64,000 bases of DNA from the NCBI GenBank assembly GCA_040883315.1, contig JBFLKU010000003.1, positions 30,012 to 94,011 of the forward strand, read 5' to 3'. Under the pieces are notes generated by a model. The model was not told the DNA's origin, searched no databases, and saw only the letters and a list, made by a program, of their open reading frames with translations. Below, one piece after another: positions 27,119 to 36,802 of this stretch (position 1 is the stretch's first letter; the number at the start of each line of letters is the position of its first letter). A program made the translations under genes and the position numbers. Source of the DNA: Eubacteriales bacterium (GTDB lineage Bacteria > Bacillota > Clostridia > Christensenellales > UMGS416).

Positions 27119-28301
27119 TTTTTCCACCATCCTTGTTTGCCAGATTGACTATGGTGTGCATGTCTTTGTCTCCTCTGCCGGAAATATTAATAACCACTAT
27201 TTCATCTTTTTTCATTTTAGGCACTATCTTCAGCGCATGTGCCACAGCGTGGGCGCTCTCTAGTGCTGGTATTATGCCCTCAGAGCGTGAAAGCTGGTAT
27301 AGTGCAGATACAGCCTCGTCATCCGTTATGCTCACATATTCTGCACGCTTTGTATGGTATAGATAAGAATGCTCTGGTCCTACACCTGGGTAATCCAGCC
27401 CTGCAGATATAGAATATACGGGGTATATGTTGCCGTCATCGTCCTGTATCAGGTATGTTTTCATGCCATGAATTATGCCTTTTCTTCCCTTTGCAAATGT
27501 GGCTGCGTGCAAAGGAGTATCAATGCCTTTTCCGGCTGCTTCCACGCCTATCAGCTTCACATTCTTATCATCAAGGAAAGGATAGAACATGCCTGCAGCA
27601 TTGCTTCCGCCGCCTATGCATGCCACTATTGCATCAGGCAGCTTGCCTTCTTTTTTTAATATTTCTTTTTTGGTTTCATCGCCGATTATCCTCTGGAAAT
27701 CACGCACCATCATAGGATATGGATGTGGACCTACAACAGAGCCTATTATATAGAATGTATCTTCAGCCGTACGGACCCATTCTCGTATGGCTTCATTTGT
27801 AGCGTCTTTAAGTGTTTTTGTTCCGCTAAGAGCCGGCACTACCTTTGCACCGAGCATCTCCATCCTAAATACATTCAGCCTTTGGCGCTCCATGTCCTCT
27901 TCACCCATGAACACTGTGCATTCCATATTAAATAGTGCTGCACCTGTAGCTGTTGCCACGCCGTGCTGACCTGCACCGGTTTCGGCAATCACTTTTTTCT
28001 TGCCCATTCGCTTTGCGAGCAGTATTTGCCCCAGAACATTGTTTATTTTGTGTGCCCCTGTGTGGTTCAGGTCTTCTCTTTTCAGATATACCTTTGCGCC
28101 GCCTAGCTGCTCTGTCATATTTTTGGCAAAATACAAAGGAGAAGGCCCGCCAACATATTCTTTTATATAGTAATCATATTCTTTTTTGAATTCAGGGTCA
28201 GCTTTAGCCTCTTCATATGCTTTTTCCAAATCTTTTAGTGGATGCATTAATGATTCCGGAACGTATTGTCCGCCGAATTCACCAAATTTGGTATTGTTCA
28301 T
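27111..28301 (-). CDS. trpB: tryptophan synthase beta chain
   Basis: 396 aa. PLP-lysine region [11 protein letters not shown] and GGGSNA. Confidence 0.95.
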   Translation of the reverse strand: MNNTKFGEFGGQYVPESLMHPLKDLEKAYEEAKADPEFKKEYDYYIKEYVGGPSPLYFAKNMTEQLGGAKVYLKREDLNHTGAHKINNVLGQILLAKRMGKKKVIAETGAGQHGVATATGAALFNMECTVFMGEEDMERQRLNVFRMEMLGAKVVPALSGTKTLKDATNEAIREWVRTAEDTFYIIGSVVGPHPYPMMVRDFQRIIGDETKKEILKKEGKLPDAIVACIGGGSNAAGMFYPFLDDKNVKLIGVEAAGKGIDTPLHAATFAKGRKGIIHGMKTYLIQDDDGNIYPVYSISAGLDYPGVGPEHSYLYHTKRAEYVSITDDEAVSALYQLSRSEGIIPALESAHAVAHALKIVPKMKKDEIVVINISGRGDKDMHTIVNLANKDGGKNE

Positions 28302-28927
28302 TTTCTTGCCTTTCTGAGAAATTGCTCTATCTTGTCTTTGCTTTTCATTGTTATGCCGTTTTCTGTGGTCTCTACTCCGCTGGATACATCCACTACCTGT
28401 GGATGAACTGTGGCTATTGCGCTTTCTATATTTTCTGCATTCAGCCCGCCTGCCAGCACCAGATTTGTATCTTGGGATATTCCAGAGAGCATATCCCAGT
28501 TAAATGCCTTGCCTGTGCCGCCCTCCATGCCTTTGATATAGGTATCTGTTACAATAGCTGCAACATTTTTATATTTGCTGGCTTTGTTGGCTAGGGCTAT
28601 GCTATTTTCATCCTTTATGCCTATTCCGTACCATACAGGCTTTTGAATATCTGCAATCATATCCTGTGTATAGTTTTTATGTACTTGGACAATATCTAAT
28701 CCGACATTTTTTACTATTGAATTAATCTCAGCAACACTATGGTCTACAAAAACACCAACTTTTTTAATTCCATCTTTCAATGCATTTGAAAGCAGTCTCG
28801 CCTGATCAACATCTATTTGGCGTATGCTTTTGGCGAAGACAAACCCTATATAGTCGATATCCATTTGGTTTATGAATTCAATTTCATTTATGTCCTTTAT
28901 CCCGCATATTTTAATCTTGGTATGCAT
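28298..28927 (-). CDS. trpF: phosphoribosylanthranilate isomerase
   Basis: 209 aa. [10 protein letters not shown]...IDYIGFVF pattern. 4-nt overlap with trpB. Confidence 0.9.
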   Translation of the reverse strand: MHTKIKICGIKDINEIEFINQMDIDYIGFVFAKSIRQIDVDQARLLSNALKDGIKKVGVFVDHSVAEINSIVKNVGLDIVQVHKNYTQDMIADIQKPVWYGIGIKDENSIALANKASKYKNVAAIVTDTYIKGMEGGTGKAFNWDMLSGISQDTNLVLAGGLNAENIESAIATVHPQVVDVSSGVETTENGITMKSKDKIEQFLRKARK

Positions 28928-29702
28928 CTTTGAATTCCTTTGCCTTTTTGCTGATATTTTCGCACTTCATAAAGGTTTCACCTACAAGTATAGCATCAAT
29001 ATTCGCAGTCTTTATCTTTGATATATCATCTTTGGTGTTTATTCCGCTTTCACTCACTAATAGTGCTTTTCCGTCTATCACCTTTGCAGTATCTATGGTA
29101 GTTGTTATGTCCACATCAAATGTATTAAGATCCCTGTTATTTACTCCAATGATATTTGCACCTATTTCAATAGCAATTTTTGCTTCATCTATGTTATGGG
29201 TTTCCACCAAAGCATCCAATCCTATAGATTTTGCTGTTTTGTATAGACTGCTAAGCTGTTTTTCTTCCAGCATTGCCACTATCAGCAAAACAGCACTTGC
29301 ACCTATAGCCTTTGCTTTGTATATCTGGTATTCATCGGCTATAAAGTCCTTGCAGAGTATAGGCAGGTCTACATTCTGCGAAACTGCGGATAAATAGTCA
29401 TAGTGTCCCTGAAAGAAATCATTTTCTGTCAGTACCGATATAGCATCTACACAGTCTGCATATTCTTTAGCGATTTTTACGGGGTCAAAATCTGCTTTAA
29501 TTAGTCCTTTTGAAGGAGAGGCTTTTTTTATTTCACCTATAATGGAAAGCCCGTCTTTTGCAATTGCCTTATAGAACGAATTCTTTATTTGGGTGTTTTC
29601 AGAGAGTATTTTTATTTGGTCAAGGCTTATATGTTCTTTTTCCTGTTTCACTCTATATAGCTTTTTATCCAGTATCTTTTCAAGAATAGATGGTTTATTC
29701 AT
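28911..29702 (-). CDS. trpC: indole-3-glycerol-phosphate synthase
   Basis: 263 aa. IGEIKKASPSKG, ISVLTE and IGVNNRDL motifs. Confidence 0.9.
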   Translation of the reverse strand: MNKPSILEKILDKKLYRVKQEKEHISLDQIKILSENTQIKNSFYKAIAKDGLSIIGEIKKASPSKGLIKADFDPVKIAKEYADCVDAISVLTENDFFQGHYDYLSAVSQNVDLPILCKDFIADEYQIYKAKAIGASAVLLIVAMLEEKQLSSLYKTAKSIGLDALVETHNIDEAKIAIEIGANIIGVNNRDLNTFDVDITTTIDTAKVIDGKALLVSESGINTKDDISKIKTANIDAILVGETFMKCENISKKAKEFKDAYQD

Positions 29703-29709
29703 ATTGACC

Positions 29710-31299
29710 TCAGCTCATTCCCGATGATTTTTCAGCCAATTCATTAATCACATCTACAGCCTTTTTAGATTTTATTATTTCTTTAGCTAGCCTTATGCCG
29801 TCTTCAATGCTGTCCGCTTTTTTTCCAATATATAACGCAGCACCGGCATTAAGCAGCAGAATGTCCAGCTTAGGTCCTTTTTCTTTTCCGCTTAGCAAAT
29901 CCAAAACTATCTGTGCATTAGTTTCTGCATCGCCTCCAATTAAGTCTTTTATAGCAGCCTTTTTGAATCCAAATTGATCTGGTGATATTTCATAAGTTTT
30001 TATGATTCCATCCTTTAGCTCTGCAACAAAAGTGGTGTCCGTTGTGGATAGTTCATCCAGCCCGTCTCTGCCGTGCACCACCATAGCTCTTTCTACGCCA
30101 AGGTTTTTCAATACGTTTGCCATTGGCTCTGACAGGCTCTCTTCGAATACTCCCAACACTTGTCCGTTTGCACTAGCAGGGTTTGCCAGAGGACCTAGTA
30201 TATTAAACATTGTACGGTACCCCAATGTTCTGCGTACGCCCATTACGTGCTTCATAGCCTTGTGGAAAGTAGGAGCAAAGAAAAACCCAATACCGCATTC
30301 ATCTACACATTCTTTGGTCTGCTCAGGAGATAAAGATATATTAACTCCCAGCTTTTCTAAAACGTCAGCGCTACCGCATTTGCTGGATATGGATCTGTTG
30401 CCGTGCTTTGCCACTTTTATGCCTGCAGCAGCGGCTATAAATGCAACGGCTGTAGATATATTGAACGTTCCAAGCTTGTCGCCGCCTGTGCCACATGTAT
30501 CCAGAGTGTATTCATCTATAACAACTGATGACGCCTTTTCTCGCATTACCTTTGCAGCAGCGGATATTTCATCCACAGTCTCGCCTTTTATCTTCAGGGC
30601 TGTCAGGAAAGCACTTATTTGTATTTCGGGCACGCTTCCGCTCATTATTCCGTCCATAACATTTATCATTTCATCGCTATTTAAATTATTGCCTTCTACA
30701 ACTTTTATTAATTCATTTGTTATCATAGTTTTTTCTCCTATCTCCATGAAGTTTTTAATTATTTCCATGCCTTGAGGCGTGTATATCGACTCTGGGTGGA
30801 ACTGCAGACCATATATAGGATATTCTTTGTGTTCCACAGCCATTATTTCGCCGTCATCTGTTTTTGCAGTTATCTTCAGGCAGTCCGGCATTGTGTCATC
30901 TATAATTGCCAGAGAATGATATCTGGCGACCTTAAGAGGTGATTGAAGGTTTTTGAATAGTTTGCTGTTTTCAAAATTAATCATGGAAAATTTGCCATGG
31001 TAAAGCTTTTTAGCGTGGCTGACAGTTGCCCCAAATGCTTCGCCTATGCATTGGTGACCTAGGCAGATGCCCAGAATAGGGATTTCTTTTCCCAGTTCTT
31101 TGATTATATCTATGGATATTCCGGCATCATGAGGAGTACCGGGGCCTGGTGATATAATTATTTTCTCTGGGTTCAGTGCCCTGATTTCTTCTATTGTTAT
31201 CTTGTCATTACGCACTACTTTTATATCTGGATTTATGCTGCCTGCGTATTGATAAACATTGTATGTAAAGGAGTCATAATTATCTATTAGCAATATCAT
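29710..31299 (-). CDS. trpGD: fused anthranilate synthase component II (glutamine amidotransferase) / anthranilate phosphoribosyltransferase
   Basis: The N-terminal ~190 aa form a class-I GATase (GICLGHQ, HPES). The C-terminal ~335 aa are TrpD (CGTGGD, KHGNRS). Confidence 0.9.
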   Translation of the reverse strand: MILLIDNYDSFTYNVYQYAGSINPDIKVVRNDKITIEEIRALNPEKIIISPGPGTPHDAGISIDIIKELGKEIPILGICLGHQCIGEAFGATVSHAKKLYHGKFSMINFENSKLFKNLQSPLKVARYHSLAIIDDTMPDCLKITAKTDDGEIMAVEHKEYPIYGLQFHPESIYTPQGMEIIKNFMEIGEKTMITNELIKVVEGNNLNSDEMINVMDGIMSGSVPEIQISAFLTALKIKGETVDEISAAAKVMREKASSVVIDEYTLDTCGTGGDKLGTFNISTAVAFIAAAAGIKVAKHGNRSISSKCGSADVLEKLGVNISLSPEQTKECVDECGIGFFFAPTFHKAMKHVMGVRRTLGYRTMFNILGPLANPASANGQVLGVFEESLSEPMANVLKNLGVERAMVVHGRDGLDELSTTDTTFVAELKDGIIKTYEISPDQFGFKKAAIKDLIGGDAETNAQIVLDLLSGKEKGPKLDILLLNAGAALYIGKKADSIEDGIRLAKEIIKSKKAVDVINELAEKSSGMS

Positions 31300-31308
31300 A
31301 ATTCACCT

Positions 31309-32706
31309 CTACTTTCTGAGCACTTGCATAAGTGCCTGTACTTTGTTCTGGGTCTCTTCATATTCGCTCTCCGCTATGGAATCTGCCACTATGCCTGCCC
31401 CTGCCTGCATGTATACCATTCCTTCGTGTATCAGCATAGTGCGAATAGCAATACACATGTCCATGTCTCCATCGAAGCCAAAATAGCCTATAGCTCCTCC
31501 ATACATACCTCTCATGCTTGGTTCCAATTCCTCAATTATTTCCATTGCACGGATTTTTGGGGCTCCTGACAGGGTGCCCGCAGGCAGGAAGGTGGAAAGA
31601 ACATCAAACGAGTCGATTTCTTCTCTTTTTTCGCCCTCTACCAATGAAACCAAATGCATTACGTGGGAATAATTCCTGACATCCATCATAGTAGGCACAG
31701 TAACAGTGCCTATCTTTGCCACTCTTCCCATGTCATTTCTGCCTAAATCCACAAGCATCACATGCTCTGCCTGCTCTTTAGGGTCAGCCAGCAGATCCTT
31801 TGCCAGTGCTTGGTCTTCTGAGACGTCTTTTCCTCTTTTCCTAGTGCCTGCAATAGGGCAGGTGGTGACGGTCTTTCCGCGTACGCCAACTAGCATTTCG
31901 GGGGAAGAACCAGCTACCTGATAGTCTCCTAGATTAAAATAAAAAAGATATGCAGAGGGATTGATTTGTCTTAGCTTTCTATATAGCGTAAATGGGTGTG
32001 CATGGCATTCTATGCTCCAGCGCTGGGATAGCACTACTTGAAATATATCACCTTCATAGATGTATTTCTTTGCTTTGTTTACCATGTCGCAGAATTGCTC
32101 TTTGCTCACATTGGACTGTGGCTCACCATGATGTGTGTCCACAGAATTGATGTTTTCAAGGGTTGCATTTTCATGCAGCAGTTTTTCTATTGCTTCCAGT
32201 TTTTTTTCTGCTGTTTCCTTGCCCTGTTTGTCATCGGACTCTAAAACAACAATATTTATCTGCTGGAATTTGTGGTCAAAAGCTATAAGCTCCCTAACAA
32301 ACAATAGATTGACATCAGGAAGCCCTAATGTGTCCTCATTCGTTCTTGGCAGCTCTTCATATTGTCTGATGATGTCGTAGCCTATTGTGCCTACGGCACC
32401 GCCTACAAATGGTATATCAGAATTGTTTGTCACGTGATATTTGCCAATGTATTCTCTGGCAACGTCCAATGCTCTGCCATCAAAAACAGATAGTTTGCCT
32501 CTTTGTTCGACAACTACTTTTTCATCTTTTGATCTTATTGTTAAAAATGGATTTTTGCCCAAAAAGGAATAGCGTCCTTTAGGCATTTCAGCACTCTCTA
32601 AAAGAAAGCCCTTGCCTTCACCTACATATTTTGAGTAAAGTGTCACAGGAGTCTCTAAGTCTCCTGAAATACAGCGTATGTAGGGAATCAGTCTTTGAAT
32701 TCCCAA
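31309..32706 (-). CDS. trpE: anthranilate synthase component I
   Basis: 465 aa. Chorismate-binding domain (GAPKIRAMEII, GGAIGYF). TTG start 9 nt after a GAGAGGAG SD. No in-frame ATG nearby. Confidence 0.9.
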   Translation of the reverse strand: MGIQRLIPYIRCISGDLETPVTLYSKYVGEGKGFLLESAEMPKGRYSFLGKNPFLTIRSKDEKVVVEQRGKLSVFDGRALDVAREYIGKYHVTNNSDIPFVGGAVGTIGYDIIRQYEELPRTNEDTLGLPDVNLLFVRELIAFDHKFQQINIVVLESDDKQGKETAEKKLEAIEKLLHENATLENINSVDTHHGEPQSNVSKEQFCDMVNKAKKYIYEGDIFQVVLSQRWSIECHAHPFTLYRKLRQINPSAYLFYFNLGDYQVAGSSPEMLVGVRGKTVTTCPIAGTRKRGKDVSEDQALAKDLLADPKEQAEHVMLVDLGRNDMGRVAKIGTVTVPTMMDVRNYSHVMHLVSLVEGEKREEIDSFDVLSTFLPAGTLSGAPKIRAMEIIEELEPSMRGMYGGAIGYFGFDGDMDMCIAIRTMLIHEGMVYMQAGAGIVADSIAESEYEETQNKVQALMQVLRK

Positions 32707-32752
32707 CTTGTCTGGTCTCCTCTCGTCTATTCTGTCAGTCTAATCTATTCTA
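32707..32752 (-). promoter_or_regulatory. array of nine NAG triplets at 5-nt period covering the trpE SD and start (TRAP-binding-site-like)
   Basis: On the minus strand: TAGaaTAGatTAGactgaCAGaaTAGacGAGagGAGacCAGacAAG, then TTG. Confidence 0.45.
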
Positions 32753-32900
32753 GATATATAAAATATCTCTCTAAGGAATCAAAAAACCCGCATAAAGTGA
32801 AAAACGAAATGTAAAATGTTTATACGATTTTTTTCGATTTTGACTATGTTAACATATCAATAGCTTTTTGTAAAGTTATTTTATCTTTCAGCGTTGCAAT

Positions 32901-32926
32901 ATAAAAGAGCCCTTTTTGAGCTCTTT
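32901..32926 (-). terminator. intrinsic terminator after phoR
   Basis: On the minus strand: AAAGAGCtcaaaaaggGCTCTTTTAT. Confidence 0.6.
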
Positions 32927-32932
32927 AAGTAA

Positions 32933-34693
32933 TTATATAGGAAATTTAATATCTATTTTTGTTCCCTTGCCCAGTGCAGACTCTATGGATATTTTCCCGT
33001 CATGCATAATGGCAAGGTGCTTTACAATGGACAAACCTAGCCCAGTACCTCCTGTATCTCTAGATCTGTGCTTATCCACTCTATAAAATCTTTCGAAAAG
33101 CCTGCTGTGGTGTTTTTTGTCTATACCTATTCCGGTGTCTGTCACGCTCATTGTGATGCTGCTATTGTCTTTTTTAAATTCAATGGATACAGAGCCTTCC
33201 TCTGTATGCTTGATTGAGTTGTCTACAAGATTTATTAGAATCTGCTTCAGCTTGTTTCTGTCGCCTAGCATGGTGTAGTCTGTATCCTTGTCATATTCTA
33301 CTTTCATAGCGATATTGCTTTTCTCAGGATATTTTTGCTGTATCAGCTCTATTACTTCCTTGGCTATTTTTATTAAGTTTACTTTAGTGGTGAATACAGG
33401 CTTATTCTGGTTCTCAAGCCCTGAGAGCGTCAATATATCATCTATCAGCAGGTTTAGCCTTTCTGATTCATCATTTATGATATTCAGGAATTTATACGCA
33501 TTCTCTTTGTCTTCTATAGCACCGTTAAGCAAGGTCTGGGTGTAGCCTGAGATGCAGGTGATAGGCGTTTTCAGCTCGTGTGTCACGTTGGATACAAATA
33601 CGCTTCTCATGCGCTCCAGCTTTCTGATGTTTGTTACGTCCTCAACCACCAAAAGAATGCCCTTTTTAGTACCTTCATTGTCTTTTATGAAGCAGCCGCT
33701 GTAGTTTCTGTATGTGTCGTCTGAAAACTGAACGTTGTTCTTGGTTATCAGCCTGTCTTCCTCGCTGTCTTTTATCTCCTCTAATATATCGTATAGGTTT
33801 TCATCGAAGATATTGTGATATATGTTTTTGCTTATCAGTTCTCCGTCCATTTTCACTATCTTAAGGAATGTGTCATTGGTGTACTGCACTTTTCCGTTTA
33901 TGTTGCACACCAGAATACCCTGGTTCAGGCTCTGAAGAATGGCCTCTAGCTGCGCGTTTTTGGTGGAGATTTTGTCAAAAGATTTTTTCAGGCTTTTGGA
34001 TAGTTTGTTTAATGCCACTGAAAGCCGTGTCACCTCTTCATATGAGTTTATATACACGCTTTTTCCATAGTTTCCATTGGATATGGATCTAGCAAATTTT
34101 GTTATGCTTTCTATAGGCTGTATCACTTTTCTGTTGTATCTGTAGGATATCAAAAACGCAATGACAGCAGATATGAAGATAGCCAAAATCATTGATGATG
34201 CAATTGAATTATAAGAGTCTCTAATATTGTACAAGGGAGTAGAAGCTCGGATTACCAGCTTATTGCTGCCGATTTCTAGATATCTGGCATAATATATAAA
34301 GTCAACATTTTCTGTTTTGGAATGCCTGACAGATGAGCCTTCACTATATCTTAGTGCTTCGCTTATTTCCTCTCTGTATAGATGATTATCCATAGATGAA
34401 ACATCGTTAAAGCTGTCACCTAGCACTTCACCGGTTTCCGAGTCAATCACTGTTATGCGGTTTCCGGAGTATTTGCCAAAGTCTTTGCTGCTGGTATTCA
34501 AATCTGTATCAGGTTTATTCTCCAAAAGATATATGTATCCGTCTAGGCTCTCTGTAATATCAGCATAGGCTTCATTTATTAATGTATTCTTTATTCTTAT
34601 GTAGCTGAAAATACCACTGATTAAAATAAGAATGGTCAGTGACAATATAGTGCTTCTAATTAGTGTCTTTTTCAAGTTTGTACCCCACGCCAA
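32933..34693 (-). CDS. phoR: phosphate-regulon sensor histidine kinase (PhoR-like)
   Basis: Two TM segments, HAMP, PAS, H-box HELKTPIT and HATPase (GTGLGLSIV). TTG start overlaps the phoP 3' end. Confidence 0.85.
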   Translation of the reverse strand: MAWGTNLKKTLIRSTILSLTILILISGIFSYIRIKNTLINEAYADITESLDGYIYLLENKPDTDLNTSSKDFGKYSGNRITVIDSETGEVLGDSFNDVSSMDNHLYREEISEALRYSEGSSVRHSKTENVDFIYYARYLEIGSNKLVIRASTPLYNIRDSYNSIASSMILAIFISAVIAFLISYRYNRKVIQPIESITKFARSISNGNYGKSVYINSYEEVTRLSVALNKLSKSLKKSFDKISTKNAQLEAILQSLNQGILVCNINGKVQYTNDTFLKIVKMDGELISKNIYHNIFDENLYDILEEIKDSEEDRLITKNNVQFSDDTYRNYSGCFIKDNEGTKKGILLVVEDVTNIRKLERMRSVFVSNVTHELKTPITCISGYTQTLLNGAIEDKENAYKFLNIINDESERLNLLIDDILTLSGLENQNKPVFTTKVNLIKIAKEVIELIQQKYPEKSNIAMKVEYDKDTDYTMLGDRNKLKQILINLVDNSIKHTEEGSVSIEFKKDNSSITMSVTDTGIGIDKKHHSRLFERFYRVDKHRSRDTGGTGLGLSIVKHLAIMHDGKISIESALGKGTKIDIKFPI

Positions 34694-35351
34694 TCATTGT
34701 AGTTATTTTATACTGACTATTGTCATCAAAAAGCTTTTTTCGCAGGCTTCTGATGTGAACGTCTACAGTTCTGGTTCCGCCGATATATTCGTATCCCCAT
34801 ATTTGGGAAAGTATAGCGTCTCTTGTGCATATCTTTCCGATTTTTTTCACCAGATATAAAAGCAGCTCAAATTCTTTGTTTGTCAGCGGCACTTTCTCTC
34901 CGTTTTTTTTGGTAGTGTAGCTTTCGTTGTCAATGATAATGTCGCCTAGCTCATATACTTGGGTTTCGCTGGCACTTTCTTTGCTGCTCTTGCGAAGCTG
35001 CACTTTCACCCTTGCTACCAGTTCGTTTATGTTAAACGGCTTCACTATATAGTCATCTGCACCTATTTCCAGCCCCAGCACTATGTCAGAGCCTGTAGAT
35101 TTGGCAGTCAGCATGATTACAGGTGTATTTTTTATTTTATCACTGGATTTTATATATCTAAGTATGCTAAGCCCATCTATTTCAGGCAGCATAATATCCA
35201 GAATCACCAAATCAAAATGCTGGGCAGCAACGATGTTTAGGGCAGATTTGCCATCGTGCACCATTATAGTTTCGTATCCTGCTATCTCAAGATTATATTT
35301 GATTAATTCGGCAACATTTTTCTCGTCATCAACAATTAGTATATTACTCAT
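34656..35351 (-). CDS. phoP: OmpR-family response regulator (PhoP/PhoB-like)
   Basis: REC domain (DDE...DIMLP...K) plus a winged-helix output domain. Located in the pst-phoU context. Confidence 0.88.
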   Translation of the reverse strand: MSNILIVDDEKNVAELIKYNLEIAGYETIMVHDGKSALNIVAAQHFDLVILDIMLPEIDGLSILRYIKSSDKIKNTPVIMLTAKSTGSDIVLGLEIGADDYIVKPFNINELVARVKVQLRKSSKESASETQVYELGDIIIDNESYTTKKNGEKVPLTNKEFELLLYLVKKIGKICTRDAILSQIWGYEYIGGTRTVDVHIRSLRKKLFDDNSQYKITTMIGVGYKLEKDTN

Positions 35352-35362
35352 ATTTTTATCCT

Positions 35363-36007
35363 TTAGTGTGTTCCTGTTATGTTGTAAACCAGCCAGCCAG
35401 AAATGTTGGTAGCGTGGTCAGCTATTTTTTCCAAGTATTTAACAATCAATATCAGGTATGTGCACTGTCTTACGGTCTCTGGCTTTTTGCCCATTATGTC
35501 AATAAGCTCTTCTCTTATGTTTTCGAAGTAGTCATCAACTGTATTATCCATCATTAAAACTTCTTTTGCAAGTTCTAAATCCTTGGATATGAAGCTGCGA
35601 ATGGACATATTTATCATCTTTTCGCACTCAATTGCCATCTGCGGAATATCAACCAATGGCTTTATATATTCTTCCTGTGACATCAGCTTTATATACTCAC
35701 AGATATCTGCGCACTGGTCACCTACGCGCTCAAGATCGGAGATTACTCTGAAAACGGAAGTGACATCTCTTAAATCAGATGCTATAGGCTGGTGTCTGGC
35801 AAGAATAAGGATACAGTCCTTTTCTATCTTCAGCTCCATTGCGTCTATCTGCTCATCATTTTCTATCACTTCATCAGCCAATATTAAATCCTGCTCTTTT
35901 AGAGCTATTATCATGTTGTTGATGGATTTGCTTATTAAAGCCGTCATTTTAGCTAGGGATTTATGTATTACATCTAGCTGTGCTGTCATTAAAATTCTTT
36001 TTGGCAT
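35363..36007 (-). CDS. phoU: phosphate signalling complex protein PhoU
   Basis: 214 aa. Two PhoU repeats (ERVGDQCADI and EKIADHATNI). Confidence 0.9.
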   Translation of the reverse strand: MPKRILMTAQLDVIHKSLAKMTALISKSINNMIIALKEQDLILADEVIENDEQIDAMELKIEKDCILILARHQPIASDLRDVTSVFRVISDLERVGDQCADICEYIKLMSQEEYIKPLVDIPQMAIECEKMINMSIRSFISKDLELAKEVLMMDNTVDDYFENIREELIDIMGKKPETVRQCTYLILIVKYLEKIADHATNISGWLVYNITGTH

Positions 36008-36018
36008 AATCTATCTCC

Positions 36019-36792
36019 TTAACTATACTTACCGGTTATGTATTCTTCTGTTTTTTGGTTAGACGGGTTGGAAAAAATGGTGTCAGTATCATCAAATTCT
36101 ATCACCTCGCCCAGCAAGAAAAATGCTGTCTTGTCTGATACTCTTGCTCCCTGCTGCATATTGTGTGTTACTATAGCTATAGTATAGTCTTGTTTAAGCT
36201 CTGCAATCAAGTCCTCTATTTTCAATGTGGATATCGGATCCAGTGCAGATGTAGGCTCGTCCATCAGCAGCACATCAGGCGACACAGCAAGTGCACGTGA
36301 TATACACAGCCTCTGCTGCTGCCCTCCTGAAAGGCTGAGTGCGTTTTGGGGAAGTATATCTTTTACTTCTCCCCATAGTGCTGCTGAGCGAAGACTTTGC
36401 TCCACTATCTCATCCAGCTGAGATTTGTTTTTTATTCCATTCAGCTTGGGGCCGTATGCAATATTGTCATATATGCTCATAGGAAATGGATTAGGTTTTT
36501 GAAAGACCATTCCCACCCTAGTTCGCAGTCCTATTACATTATAGTTTTCCTGATAGATGTCTTCGCCGTCTAATAGCACTTTGCCATCTACTTTTGTGCC
36601 CTCTATTAGGTCATTTATTCTGTTCATTGTGCGCAGCAGCGTGGACTTGCCGCAGCCGGAAGGTCCAATGAATGCTGTCACTTTATTTTCAAGAATATCC
36701 AGATTGATTTTTTTCAGTGCCTTGAAATCACCATAGTAAAAATCTAAATCTTTTATCTGTATTTTGGGCTTTTCTTGTTTTTTGCTGCTCAT
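36019..36792 (-). CDS. pstB: phosphate ABC transporter ATP-binding protein
   Basis: [23 protein letters not shown] and [11 protein letters not shown]. 257 aa. Confidence 0.93.
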   Translation of the reverse strand: MSSKKQEKPKIQIKDLDFYYGDFKALKKINLDILENKVTAFIGPSGCGKSTLLRTMNRINDLIEGTKVDGKVLLDGEDIYQENYNVIGLRTRVGMVFQKPNPFPMSIYDNIAYGPKLNGIKNKSQLDEIVEQSLRSAALWGEVKDILPQNALSLSGGQQQRLCISRALAVSPDVLLMDEPTSALDPISTLKIEDLIAELKQDYTIAIVTHNMQQGARVSDKTAFFLLGEVIEFDDTDTIFSNPSNQKTEEYITGKYS

Positions 36793-36802
36793 TGTTTATC
36801 TC

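Noticed and set aside
30002-30775. 257-aa ORF on the plus strand, antisense to trpGD.
   Set aside because: It lies entirely inside a well-supported gene on the opposite strand. Its product is low-complexity and S/P/I-rich, with no SD and no recognisable motif. This is a typical shadow ORF.
32781-32791. GCGGGTTTTTT on the minus strand in the trp leader, which looks like the 3' half of a terminator.
   Set aside because: I could not find a complementary CCCGC arm within ~40 nt upstream. The T-run more likely belongs to the UP/-35 region of the putative trpE promoter.
32707-32932. Possible tRNA-Trp T-box leader upstream of trpE, as is common in Clostridia.
   Set aside because: The ~225-nt region lacks the conserved T-box core (GGUGGUACCGCG-like), a specifier-loop context and a clear terminator/antiterminator pair. 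The NAG repeat array explains the region better.
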